Shown here piece by piece: positions 43,337 through 51,273 of a stretch of 64,000 nt of DNA. This DNA is from an uncultured Chloroflexia bacterium. Lineage in GTDB: Bacteria; Chloroflexota; Limnocylindria; Limnocylindrales; CSP1-4. A program made the translations under genes and the position numbers. Position 1 is the stretch's first letter. The number at the start of each line of letters is the position of its first letter. The notes beneath the pieces are model-generated. The model did not search any database, was not told the DNA's origin, and saw nothing but the letters and a program-made list of their open reading frames with translations. The stretch lies in assembly GCA_963710105.1 (NCBI GenBank), contig CAVPYV010000002.1:22084-86083 (forward strand), read 5' to 3'.

Positions 43337-44095
43337 GTGGCCCTCCGGATCACCCTGCCGGCCGAGGCGCGCGCCGCGATCGACGGGCACGTCCGGCTCC
43401 TTCTCGCCTGGAACGGGGCGATCAACCTCACGGCGATCCGCGAGCCGGCCGCGATCGCGGTCCGCCATGTCGCCGACAGCCTGACCGCCCTGCCGGTACT
43501 CCGGGCGCGGGGGATCGACCGGTTCATCGACCTCGGGAGCGGCGGGGGCTTCCCCGGGATCCCGCTCGCAGCGGCGCTGCCCGCCGACCGGGCCCTCCTC
43601 GTCGATTCGATCGGCAAGAAGGTCCGGTTCCTCGCCACGGTGATCGCGGCGGTCGGGCTGGCGGACCGGGTGGCGGCGGAGGCCGCCCGCTCCGAGCAGC
43701 TGGCCGCCACGTCACGCGATCGTGGGGCGTGGCCGGCCGTGACGGCCCGCGCCGTCGGCTCGCTGGCCGAGCTGGTCGAACTGGCCCTGCCGCTCCTCGC
43801 GCCGGGGGGCGTCCTGATCGCCTGGAAGCAGGGCGGGATCGACGATCCGGCGGGGCTCGGCGGCGAGCTCGCTGCCGCCCGCCGGGCGCTGGACGCGATC
43901 GATCGCGGTGCGCGGATCGACGTGGAGGCGGCGGGCGCGGAGGCGGCGGCCCGCCCGGGCGTCGCGCCGGCGGCCCACCCGGAGGCGATCGCGGCGCTCG
44001 CCGGCCACCGCCTCATCGTCGTCGAGCGCGGCCCGCATCCGATCGACCCTGCCTGGCCCCGGGAACCCGCCACCCGCCGCCGCGCGCCGTGGTGA
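43337..44095 (+). CDS. rsmG: 16S rRNA (guanine527-N7)-methyltransferase RsmG (GidB)
   Basis: LLLAWNGAINLTAIREP...HVADSL...DLGSGGGFPGIPLA SAM-binding motif. This is the first in-frame canonical start (GTG 43337). The C-terminal ~60 aa are Ala-rich. Confidence 0.85.
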   Translation: MALRITLPAEARAAIDGHVRLLLAWNGAINLTAIREPAAIAVRHVADSLTALPVLRARGIDRFIDLGSGGGFPGIPLAAALPADRALLVDSIGKKVRFLATVIAAVGLADRVAAEAARSEQLAATSRDRGAWPAVTARAVGSLAELVELALPLLAPGGVLIAWKQGGIDDPAGLGGELAAARRALDAIDRGARIDVEAAGAEAAARPGVAPAAHPEAIAALAGHRLIVVERGPHPIDPAWPREPATRRRAPW

Positions 44096-44375
44096 TCGCC
44101 CCGCAGGCGGGCGAGACGCCGGTCGCCGGCAACCGCGCGTCGGCCGTTCGGCTCGGCCGATCCTCAGGTGACTCGGATCTGCGGCGGCTGTGCGTGACAC
44201 CGCGCCCGAATCGAGGAATCCCTGCCCGGATCGGCAGAGCGTCGTGCTCGTGTCGACGCGGCTTGATCCTGTCGGGGATCGGCGACGGCTGGACACCGGA
44301 CGCACGCGCCCGCGTCCGGCTCATCGGCACAGGAGCCACGTGCCGAACGGACCGCGGACCCGCTAGGCTGGGCCG

Positions 44376-45098
44376 GTGCGCGTTGCGGTCCTGTCGGACA
44401 TCCATGCGAATCTCGCCGCCCTCGACGCGGTGCTGACGGCGGCCGGAGCCGTCGATGCGGTCTGGCAGCTCGGCGACGTCGTCGGTTACGGCCCGGACCC
44501 GGACGGCGTCGTCGCCCGCCTCGCGGGCGTCGGCGCGATCGGGGTCGCCGGCAACCACGATCTCGCGGCGCTCGGCGGCTCGGAGATCGAGTGGTTCAAC
44601 CCCGATGCCCGGGCGGCGATCGAATGGACCCGCGGACGGATCGACGATGCGACCCGGGCCTGGCTTGCGGCGCTCCCGACGACCCATCGCGCCGCCGACA
44701 TGACCCTCGTCCACGGCAGCCCGCGCGACCCGATCTGGGAGTACGTGACGTCCGTGCCGGTCGCCCGCGCGAACCTCGCGGTCCTCGAGACGCCGGTCGG
44801 GCTCCACGGCCACACCCACCTGCCGATGGCCTGGGCCGACCGCGACGGCCGGATCGACGCGATCGCCCCCGGTCCCGGGTCGTCCTTCCGGCTCGACGGC
44901 CGGCCGGCCCTCCTCAACCCCGGCAGCGTCGGCCAGCCGCGCGACGGCGACCCGACCGCGAGCTGGCTCGAGATCGACACCGATGCGGGCGTCGCGACGT
45001 GGCGCCGGGTCGCCTACGACATCGAGGCCGTCCGGTCGGCGATGCTCGACGCCGGGCTGCCCGGCCGCCTGGCCGACCGGCTCCGGGTCGGCCTGTGA
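44376..45098 (+). CDS. Metallophosphoesterase (calcineurin-like, YfcE/MJ0936 family)
   Basis: DIHAN, GDVVGYG, GNHD, GHTH motifs in order. TAGGCT lies 7 nt upstream of the GTG, so the mRNA may be leaderless. Confidence 0.9.
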   Translation: MRVAVLSDIHANLAALDAVLTAAGAVDAVWQLGDVVGYGPDPDGVVARLAGVGAIGVAGNHDLAALGGSEIEWFNPDARAAIEWTRGRIDDATRAWLAALPTTHRAADMTLVHGSPRDPIWEYVTSVPVARANLAVLETPVGLHGHTHLPMAWADRDGRIDAIAPGPGSSFRLDGRPALLNPGSVGQPRDGDPTASWLEIDTDAGVATWRRVAYDIEAVRSAMLDAGLPGRLADRLRVGL

Positions 45099-45102
45099 CC
45101 CG

Positions 45103-47112
45103 GTGATCGGCGGGCGGCGGTCTCTCCAGGGGCGGAAGCCAGGGGATCGGCGCGTCCGCGTGGAGCGGCCCCACGCCGCGATGTTCCGCTGGACGGGGCC
45201 CGGCCAGCTGACGGCCAAGGAAGCTGCCTCCATCCCGACGACGCGGCGTGGCCGGCTCTTCGCCCGGGCAAAGGCCTTCGTCCTCGGCCGGCCGCTGGCC
45301 AGCGAGGAGGAGATCGGCGAGCGGCTGTCGAAGAAGAAGGCGCTTGCGATCTTCAGCTCGGACGCGATCAGCTCGTCGGCCTACGCGACCGAGGAGATCC
45401 TCCGTGTCCTGATCCTCGGCGGGATCGCCGCCCTCGCCTGGGGGCTGTGGATCAGCGTCGGGATCGCCGTGCTCCTGATCGCGGTCGCCGTCAGCTACCG
45501 CCAGGTCTGCATCGCCTATCCCACCGGCGGCGGCAGCTACTCGGTCTCGAAGCGGAACTTCGGGCGACAGATGTCGCTGATCGCGGCATCGGCGCTGATG
45601 ATCGACTACGTGATGACCGTCGCGGTCTCGACGGCGTCGGCGATCGAGCAGGTGACGTCGGCGATCCCCGAGCTGATCGACGAGCGGGTGATCCTCGGGG
45701 TCCTGGCGATCGGCCTGATCACGATCGGCAACCTCCGCGGCCTGCGCGAGGCGGGCAACCTGTTCGCGATCCCGACCTACCTGTTCCTGGGCTCGGCGCT
45801 CCTGATGATCGCCCTCGGGTCGTTCCGGATCGTCGTCCTCGGCGAGCACGGCGAGTTCAGCACCGCGCTCGCGGCGCAGACGGGCGAGAGCCTCCAGACG
45901 CTGTCGGTGATCCTGCTCCTGCGCGCGTTCGCCGCGGGAGCGGTGGCCCTGACCGGAACGGAGGCGATCGCGACCGGCGTCCCGGCCTTCCAGCCGCCGG
46001 AGGCGAAGAACGCCGCCACGACGCTCGCCGCGATGGCGGGACTGCTCGGGGTCCTGTTCATCGGCCTCACGTTCCTGGCCGTCAACTTCGGCATCACCCA
46101 CATCGACCTGCCGGAGAAGCAGACCGTGATCAGCCAGATCGCGGCCAAGGTCTACGGCGGCGGGTCGATCCCGTTCTTCCTGTTCCAGGGGTTCACGGCG
46201 CTGCTCCTCGTCCTCGCCGCGAACACCTCGTTCAACGCCTTCCCGCGGCTGCTCGCGATCCTCGGCGTCGACGGCCACATGCCGCGCCAGTTCTCCTTCC
46301 GCGGCGACCGCCTCGCGTTCAGCTACGGGATCATCGTCCTGGCGACGGTCGCCGCCAGCCTGATCGTGGTCTTCCACGGCGAGACCCACCTGATCATCCC
46401 GCTGTACGCGGTCGGCGTGTTCATCGACTTCACGATCAGCCAGGCCGGGATGATCCGCCACTGGCGGCGCGAGCGGCCGCCGGGCTGGCGGCGCCGGCTC
46501 GCGATCAACGCCTTCGGCTGCTCCCTGACCGCGGTCGTCGCCGTCGTCGTGACGGTCGCCAAGGCGCCGCAGTCCTTGATCGTCATCGTCCTGATCCCGC
46601 TCCTCGTGGCGCTGATGAACTTCGTCCACCGCCAGTACGCGGCGCAGGAGGTCGAGCTGGCCGTCCGCGACGAGTTCGTCGTCGGGGAGTCCCACCGCGA
46701 GCAGCGCGTCGTCGTCCCGGTCAACGGGATCAACCGGGCGGTCGTCCAGGCCGTGATCTTCGGGCAGACCCTGGCGAACGACGTGCGGGCCGTCTTCATC
46801 ACCGAGGACCCGGAGATCGGCGAGCACCTCCGGCGCAAGTGGGAGCGCCAGGTGCCCGGGGTTCCGCTCGTCATCGTCGAGTCGCCGTACCGGGCGCTCG
46901 TCGGCCCGCTGACCGCCTACCTCGACGTCCTCGACCTTGCCTGGCCACCCGACCGGCCGGCCCCGATCACGATCGTCGTCCTGCCCGAGTACGTCGCCCG
47001 ACACTGGTGGGACCGGCTGCTGTATAACCAGTCCGCCAAGCGCCTGAAGTCGGCGCTGGTCGGGCGCGAGCACACGGTGATCGCCGACGTGCCCTACCGC
47101 CGCGGCCACTGA
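45103..47112 (+). CDS. APC-superfamily permease with C-terminal cytoplasmic domain (KimA / Rv2690c-like, probable K+ transporter), paralogue 1
   Basis: GTG at 45103, chosen because the N-terminal peptide (V)IGGRRSLQGRKPGDRRVRVERPHA..FRWTGPGQ aligns with paralogue 2. About 12 TM segments plus a ~200-aa soluble tail. Confidence 0.85.
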   Translation: MIGGRRSLQGRKPGDRRVRVERPHAAMFRWTGPGQLTAKEAASIPTTRRGRLFARAKAFVLGRPLASEEEIGERLSKKKALAIFSSDAISSSAYATEEILRVLILGGIAALAWGLWISVGIAVLLIAVAVSYRQVCIAYPTGGGSYSVSKRNFGRQMSLIAASALMIDYVMTVAVSTASAIEQVTSAIPELIDERVILGVLAIGLITIGNLRGLREAGNLFAIPTYLFLGSALLMIALGSFRIVVLGEHGEFSTALAAQTGESLQTLSVILLLRAFAAGAVALTGTEAIATGVPAFQPPEAKNAATTLAAMAGLLGVLFIGLTFLAVNFGITHIDLPEKQTVISQIAAKVYGGGSIPFFLFQGFTALLLVLAANTSFNAFPRLLAILGVDGHMPRQFSFRGDRLAFSYGIIVLATVAASLIVVFHGETHLIIPLYAVGVFIDFTISQAGMIRHWRRERPPGWRRRLAINAFGCSLTAVVAVVVTVAKAPQSLIVIVLIPLLVALMNFVHRQYAAQEVELAVRDEFVVGESHREQRVVVPVNGINRAVVQAVIFGQTLANDVRAVFITEDPEIGEHLRRKWERQVPGVPLVIVESPYRALVGPLTAYLDVLDLAWPPDRPAPITIVVLPEYVARHWWDRLLYNQSAKRLKSALVGREHTVIADVPYRRGH

Positions 47113-47147
47113 CCCCGGAGCCGCAGCCCACCACAGATCGGAGTCGG

Positions 47148-49247
47148 ATGATCGGAGGCCGCCGGCCCATGCAGGGCCGGAAACCCGCGGACCGGCGCGT
47201 GCGCGTCGCGCGCCCGCATGCCCCGTATTTCCGCTACACCGGCCCCGGCCAGATGGTCGCCAAGGCAGCCGCCCACGAGCCCAAGACGGCGGTGGGGCGA
47301 CTCTGGTCGCGGATCCGGCGGGTGACGATCGGCCGGCCGTTGGCGACCGAGGAGGAGGTCGGCGAGCGGCTGGCGAAGAAGAAGGCCCTCGCGATCTTCA
47401 GCTCCGATCCGATCAGCTCGTCTGCGTACGCGACGGAAGAGATCCTCCGGGTGCTGATGGTTGCCGGTGCGGGCGCCCTCGTCTGGTCAATTCCGATCTC
47501 GATCGCCATCGCCACGATGCTGGCCATCGTCTCGATCTCGTACCGCCAGATCTGTGCCGCCTACCCGTCCGGAGGCGGCGCGTACGTCGTGTCCCGCGAG
47601 AATCTCTCCCACAAGATCGCGCTCGTCGCGGCCGCCGCGCTCCTGATCGACTACGTGATGACCGTCGCGGTCTCGTCCGCGTCGGCGATCGCCCAGATCG
47701 TGTCCGTCGTGCCCGAGCTCCACGTGGTGGGGATCGAGATCGGCGTCGTCTCGATCTTCCTGATGACGGTCGCGAATCTCCGGGGCGTTCGCGAGTCGGG
47801 CAACATCTTCGCGGTTCCCACCTATCTCTTCCTTGGCCTGGCCTTCACGATGATCGGGCTCGGCCTGTTCCGGATCCTGGTCGGGGACGCCCACCCGCTG
47901 CCGCCCCATCCGAAGGTCATCCCGTTCGGGGACGCGAACGGGGTCGAGCCGCTGGCCCTGTTCGTGATCCTGCGCGCCTTCGCCGGCGGGGCCGTCGCCC
48001 TCACCGGGACCGAGGCCGTCACGAACGGCGTCCCGACCTTCAAGCCCCCCGAGGCGAGGAACGCCGCGGACACCCTGATCATCGTCTCGATCCTGCTGGG
48101 GGTCCTGTTCGTCGGCATCAGCGTCGTCGCCCATGCGTTCGGGATCATGCCGACCGACACCGAGCACGGCGGACCCACGGTCATCGCCCAGGTCGCCGGG
48201 GCGATCTTCGGCGATGGATCGGTGGTCTACCTGCTCTTCCAGGCAAGCACCGCCCTCCTCCTCTTCCTCGCCGCGAACACGAGCTTCAATGCCTTTCCCC
48301 GGCTGGCCGCGATCCTCGCCGAGGACGGATACATGCCCCGCCAGTTCGCCTTCCGCGGCGATCGGCTCGCGTTCTCGTGGGGCATCGTCGCGCTCGCCAT
48401 GACCGCGGTGGGTCTCCTCGTCGTCTTCAACGGCGACACGCACGCCCTGATCCCGCTCTACTCGGTCGGCGTCTTCGTCACCTTCAGCCTGTCGCAGACC
48501 GGGATGGTCCGTCACTGGCTCCGCGAACGCGGAGCGGGTTGGTGGTACCGGGCGATCATCAACGGCCTCGGCGCCGCTCTGACCGCCGTGGTCCTCATCA
48601 TCGTCGCCCTGGTGAAGTTCGCCGACGGGGCGTATCTCGTCGTCATCCTGATCCCGGCGTTCGTTGCGATGATGGTGTTCATCCACCGCCAGTACGACGC
48701 GTCGCGCCAGGAGCTGCGGGTTCGCCAGGACCTCGTGTTCGACGCACCGCGTCGGGAGGAGCGCGCGGTCGTGCCGATCCCCGGCATCAACCGAGCGGTC
48801 ATCCAGGCGGTCAACGTCGGCCGATCCATCGCGGTCGACCTGCGGGCGGTCTTCATCACCGAGAACCCCGAGGACGGCGTCGCGATCCGCGAGCAGTGGG
48901 AGCGCCAGGTGCCGGGCGTTCCGCTCGTCGTGGTCGAATCGCCGTATCGGGCGCTGACCGGCCCGCTGAGCGCCTATCTCGACGTGCTCGATTCGGCGTG
49001 GCCACCCGACAAGCCGGCGCCGATCACCTTCGTCGTCCTGCCCGAGTACGTCGCCCGCCGGTGGTGGGAGCGCCTCCTCTACAACCAGTCGGTGAAGCGG
49101 CTCCGGAGCTCGCTCCTTGGCCGACCGCACACCGTCGTCGTCAACGTCCCGTACCGGCGCGAGGACCCGGCCCTGTTCGAGCGGCACCTCGCCGCCGACG
49201 CCGGCCGCGACGAGCCGCTTCCGGACGGGCCGCCCGGCCCGGGCTGA
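47148..49247 (+). CDS. APC-superfamily permease (KimA / Rv2690c-like), paralogue 2
   Basis: Collinear with paralogue 1 over its whole length, with many identical blocks (FSSD.ISSSAYATEEILRVL, IDYVMTVAVS, NTSFNAFPRL, PEYVAR.WW.RLLYNQS). Confidence 0.9.
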   Translation: MIGGRRPMQGRKPADRRVRVARPHAPYFRYTGPGQMVAKAAAHEPKTAVGRLWSRIRRVTIGRPLATEEEVGERLAKKKALAIFSSDPISSSAYATEEILRVLMVAGAGALVWSIPISIAIATMLAIVSISYRQICAAYPSGGGAYVVSRENLSHKIALVAAAALLIDYVMTVAVSSASAIAQIVSVVPELHVVGIEIGVVSIFLMTVANLRGVRESGNIFAVPTYLFLGLAFTMIGLGLFRILVGDAHPLPPHPKVIPFGDANGVEPLALFVILRAFAGGAVALTGTEAVTNGVPTFKPPEARNAADTLIIVSILLGVLFVGISVVAHAFGIMPTDTEHGGPTVIAQVAGAIFGDGSVVYLLFQASTALLLFLAANTSFNAFPRLAAILAEDGYMPRQFAFRGDRLAFSWGIVALAMTAVGLLVVFNGDTHALIPLYSVGVFVTFSLSQTGMVRHWLRERGAGWWYRAIINGLGAALTAVVLIIVALVKFADGAYLVVILIPAFVAMMVFIHRQYDASRQELRVRQDLVFDAPRREERAVVPIPGINRAVIQAVNVGRSIAVDLRAVFITENPEDGVAIREQWERQVPGVPLVVVESPYRALTGPLSAYLDVLDSAWPPDKPAPITFVVLPEYVARRWWERLLYNQSVKRLRSSLLGRPHTVVVNVPYRREDPALFERHLAADAGRDEPLPDGPPGPG

Positions 49248-49305
49248 GGTTCGCCCCGGCCGTGACGCCGGTGCACCGCGATCGGCGCGTCAACGGGCGA
49301 CGGCG

Positions 49306-49797
49306 ATGCCGCACGGTGGTAGAGTCGCCGCCGTGCCAACCGAGCCGAATGCCGCGCCCTCGTTCCGCCGCGCCGTCGTGGCGCTCTCGGGACACCCGAA
49401 CGGCCAGCGGCTGGTCCGCCTCGTGGCCGAGCTCGCCAAGGCCCACAAGGCCGAGCTGATCGGGGTCCACGTCGTCGAGATCGACTGGTCGATGCCGCTC
49501 GACATGGACGTCGCCGGCCGGTCCGAGGAGATCCAGCAGGTCCTCGACCTGGCCGAGGGCACCGCCGAGGACGCCGGGGTCAAGCTCGAGTCGGTCCTGC
49601 TCCAGGCGCGCGATGTCGGCGCGGCGCTCGTCGACGAGGCGGTCGAGCGCGAAGCGGACCTGCTCGTCGTCGGCCTCGCCTATCGGACCAAGTTCGGCGG
49701 CGACTTCGCCATGGGACGGACGATCCCGTACGTCCTGAAGAACGCTCCCTGCGCAGTCTGGGTCGTGCGCGAGCCGATCCAGGAGGAGACAACGTGA
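49306..49797 (+). CDS. Universal stress protein (UspA family)
   Basis: ...ADLLVVGLAYRTKFGGDFAMGRTIPYVLKNAPCAVWVV is a typical USP C-terminus. The start is uncertain (ATG 49306 or GTG 49333). Confidence 0.85.
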   Translation: MPHGGRVAAVPTEPNAAPSFRRAVVALSGHPNGQRLVRLVAELAKAHKAELIGVHVVEIDWSMPLDMDVAGRSEEIQQVLDLAEGTAEDAGVKLESVLLQARDVGAALVDEAVEREADLLVVGLAYRTKFGGDFAMGRTIPYVLKNAPCAVWVVREPIQEETT

Positions 49798-50462
49798 AAA
49801 CCGTGATCGTCGGCTGCGGCCGCGTCGGGTCCGTCCTGGCCGACGCGTTCGACCGGGCCGGCCACCGAGTCGTCGTGCTGGACACGAAGACCAGCGCCTT
49901 CGACCGCCTGCCGGGCACCTTCCGGGGCGCCGCCGTCCGCGGCGACGGCACCGACGAGGACACCCTCCGCCGGGCCGGCGCCGAGAATGCCGACCTCTTC
50001 ATCGCGATGACCGAGGGCGACAACCGCAACGTCATGTCGGCCCAGCTGGCGACCGAGGCCCTCGGCGTCCGCCAGGTGATCGCCAAGATCAACGACCCGC
50101 TGCGGGCGAGCGCCTACGCCGAGCTCGGGATCGCGACGCTCTGCCGGACGAACCTGATGGCGACCGCGGTCAGCGACTTCCTCGGCCTCGGCATGGCGTT
50201 CGGACCGGGGCTCTCGGCGGCGACCGGCCACCACCCCGGCGGCGACCATCACGACGGCACCGAGCCGGCCGGCGGACGCCGCGGCCGCCTCGCCCGCATC
50301 CCAAGCCGCGACCGGAACGACCGCGGCGGCGGCCGGCTCCGCGACCGGCGGCGCCGGCCAGTGGCCCGTCCCGACCGGCGGGCGCCCGCCGGCGGCCCCC
50401 GCCGCGGCGCCGGTCGCGCCCCGCAGCACCCCGGAGGGCTGACGACGTGTTCGTGCTGGTGA
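49794..50462 (+). CDS. trkA: TrkA-N (RCK N-terminal, NAD-binding) domain protein with low-complexity tail
   Basis: MKTVIVGCGRVGSVLA GxGxxG. There is no recognisable RCK_C domain. The reading frame of the last ~85 codons is ambiguous. Confidence 0.75.
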   Translation: MKTVIVGCGRVGSVLADAFDRAGHRVVVLDTKTSAFDRLPGTFRGAAVRGDGTDEDTLRRAGAENADLFIAMTEGDNRNVMSAQLATEALGVRQVIAKINDPLRASAYAELGIATLCRTNLMATAVSDFLGLGMAFGPGLSAATGHHPGGDHHDGTEPAGGRRGRLARIPSRDRNDRGGGRLRDRRRRPVARPDRRAPAGGPRRGAGRAPQHPGGLTTCSCW

Positions 50463-51127
50463 TCGGCGGCGGCAAGGTCGGCTACTACCTGACGAAGGAG
50501 CTCATCGACAGCGGCCACGAGGTCGTGCTGATGGAGAAGGAGCGCGAGCGGGCGAACCAGATCGCCGACGAGATCGGCTCGGTCGTGATCGCCCACGACG
50601 GCTGCGAGGGCAAGTACCTCGCCGAGGCCGGCGCGAACCGGGCCGACATCGTGGCCGCGGTGACGGGCGACGACGAGGACAACCTCGTGATCTGCCAGAT
50701 GGCGAAGCACCACTTCGACGTGCCGCGGACGATCGCCCGGGTCAACAACCCGAAGAACGAGACGCTGTTCAAGCACCTCGGGGTGGACGAGCTGATCAGC
50801 CCGACCCGGATGATCCTCGGCTCGATCGAGCAGGACATCCCCGTCCACGAGCTCCTCCATCTCGCCGCGCTCGGCGAGGGCGAGCTCGAGCTCATCGAGG
50901 CGCACCTCCAGGCCGGCTCGCCGGCCGTCGGGAAGGCGTCGCGCGACCTGACGATGCCCGACGACTGCTCCCTGTTCGCGGTGATCCGCGACGGGGTCGC
51001 GACCCCGCTCCGGCCGGAGACCATCCTGGCCGAGGGCGACAAGGTCATCGCGATCGGCAAGCCGGAGTGCGAGGTCCGCCTCCGGGAGCAGCTGATCGGC
51101 GACGCGGAGACGGCCGCCGTCGGCTGA
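50447..51127 (+). CDS. trkA: TrkA/CeoC-like K+ transport regulatory protein (RCK_N + RCK_C)
   Basis: VLVIGGGKVGYYL GxGxxG, plus a C-terminal RCK_C-like segment (ELIEAHLQAGSPAVGKASRDL...VIRDG...GDKVIAIG). Confidence 0.9.
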   Translation: MFVLVIGGGKVGYYLTKELIDSGHEVVLMEKERERANQIADEIGSVVIAHDGCEGKYLAEAGANRADIVAAVTGDDEDNLVICQMAKHHFDVPRTIARVNNPKNETLFKHLGVDELISPTRMILGSIEQDIPVHELLHLAALGEGELELIEAHLQAGSPAVGKASRDLTMPDDCSLFAVIRDGVATPLRPETILAEGDKVIAIGKPECEVRLREQLIGDAETAAVG

Positions 51128-51193
51128 CAGCGCAGCCGGTCGCCGTCGGCTGATCCTGCCGCCGGGCGCCGTCGGCTGATCCTGTCGCCGGGC
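51116..51193. repeat. 26-nt unit repeated three times, the first copy containing the trkA stop codon
   Basis: GCCGTCGGCTGACAGCGCAGCCGGTC / GCCGTCGGCTGATCCTGCCGCCGGGC / GCCGTCGGCTGATCCTGTCGCCGGGC. Copies 2 and 3 differ at one base. Confidence 0.9.
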
Positions 51194-51273
51194 GGGCCGA
51201 CCGCGGACGTCCCGGGTCGCCAGGCCCGGCCACGGCCAGCGGGCCGCCGCCCGGCGACCGCTACCATCCGGCG

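Noticed and set aside
43179-43484. The 101-aa plus-strand ORF in the rsmG leader, and the GTG at 43242 behind a GGAGGGG string.
   Set aside because: The translation is Arg/Ser/Thr/Pro-rich junk that runs out of frame into rsmG. The GGAGGGG-GTG lies inside the loop and 3-prime arm of the predicted hairpin, and its ORF is only 24 codons.
40720-44073. The very long ORFs in the six-frame track: 1117 aa on the minus strand here, plus 57280..60423 (1047 aa), 53628..56303 (891 aa), 130..2592 (820 aa), 5088..7334 (748 aa), 44914..47109 (731 aa), 18714..20777 (687 aa), 9877..11574, 12221..13957, 33460..35160, 47487..49187 and 28407..30980.
   Set aside because: All are antisense or alternative frames of genes with unmistakable domain content (histidine kinase, ClpB, Lon, APC permeases, MocR, ABC and so on). 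Their translations are Arg/Pro/Gly/Asp-rich with no motifs. This is the expected stop-codon-poor artefact of very GC-rich DNA.
51116-51193. The tandem repeats (here and at 42906, 52434 and 26206) as a CRISPR array or minisatellite-type mobile element.
   Set aside because: There are only 2-3 directly abutting units with no spacers, no cas genes, and no sequence shared between loci. They are local tandem duplications, not CRISPR or a dispersed repeat family.
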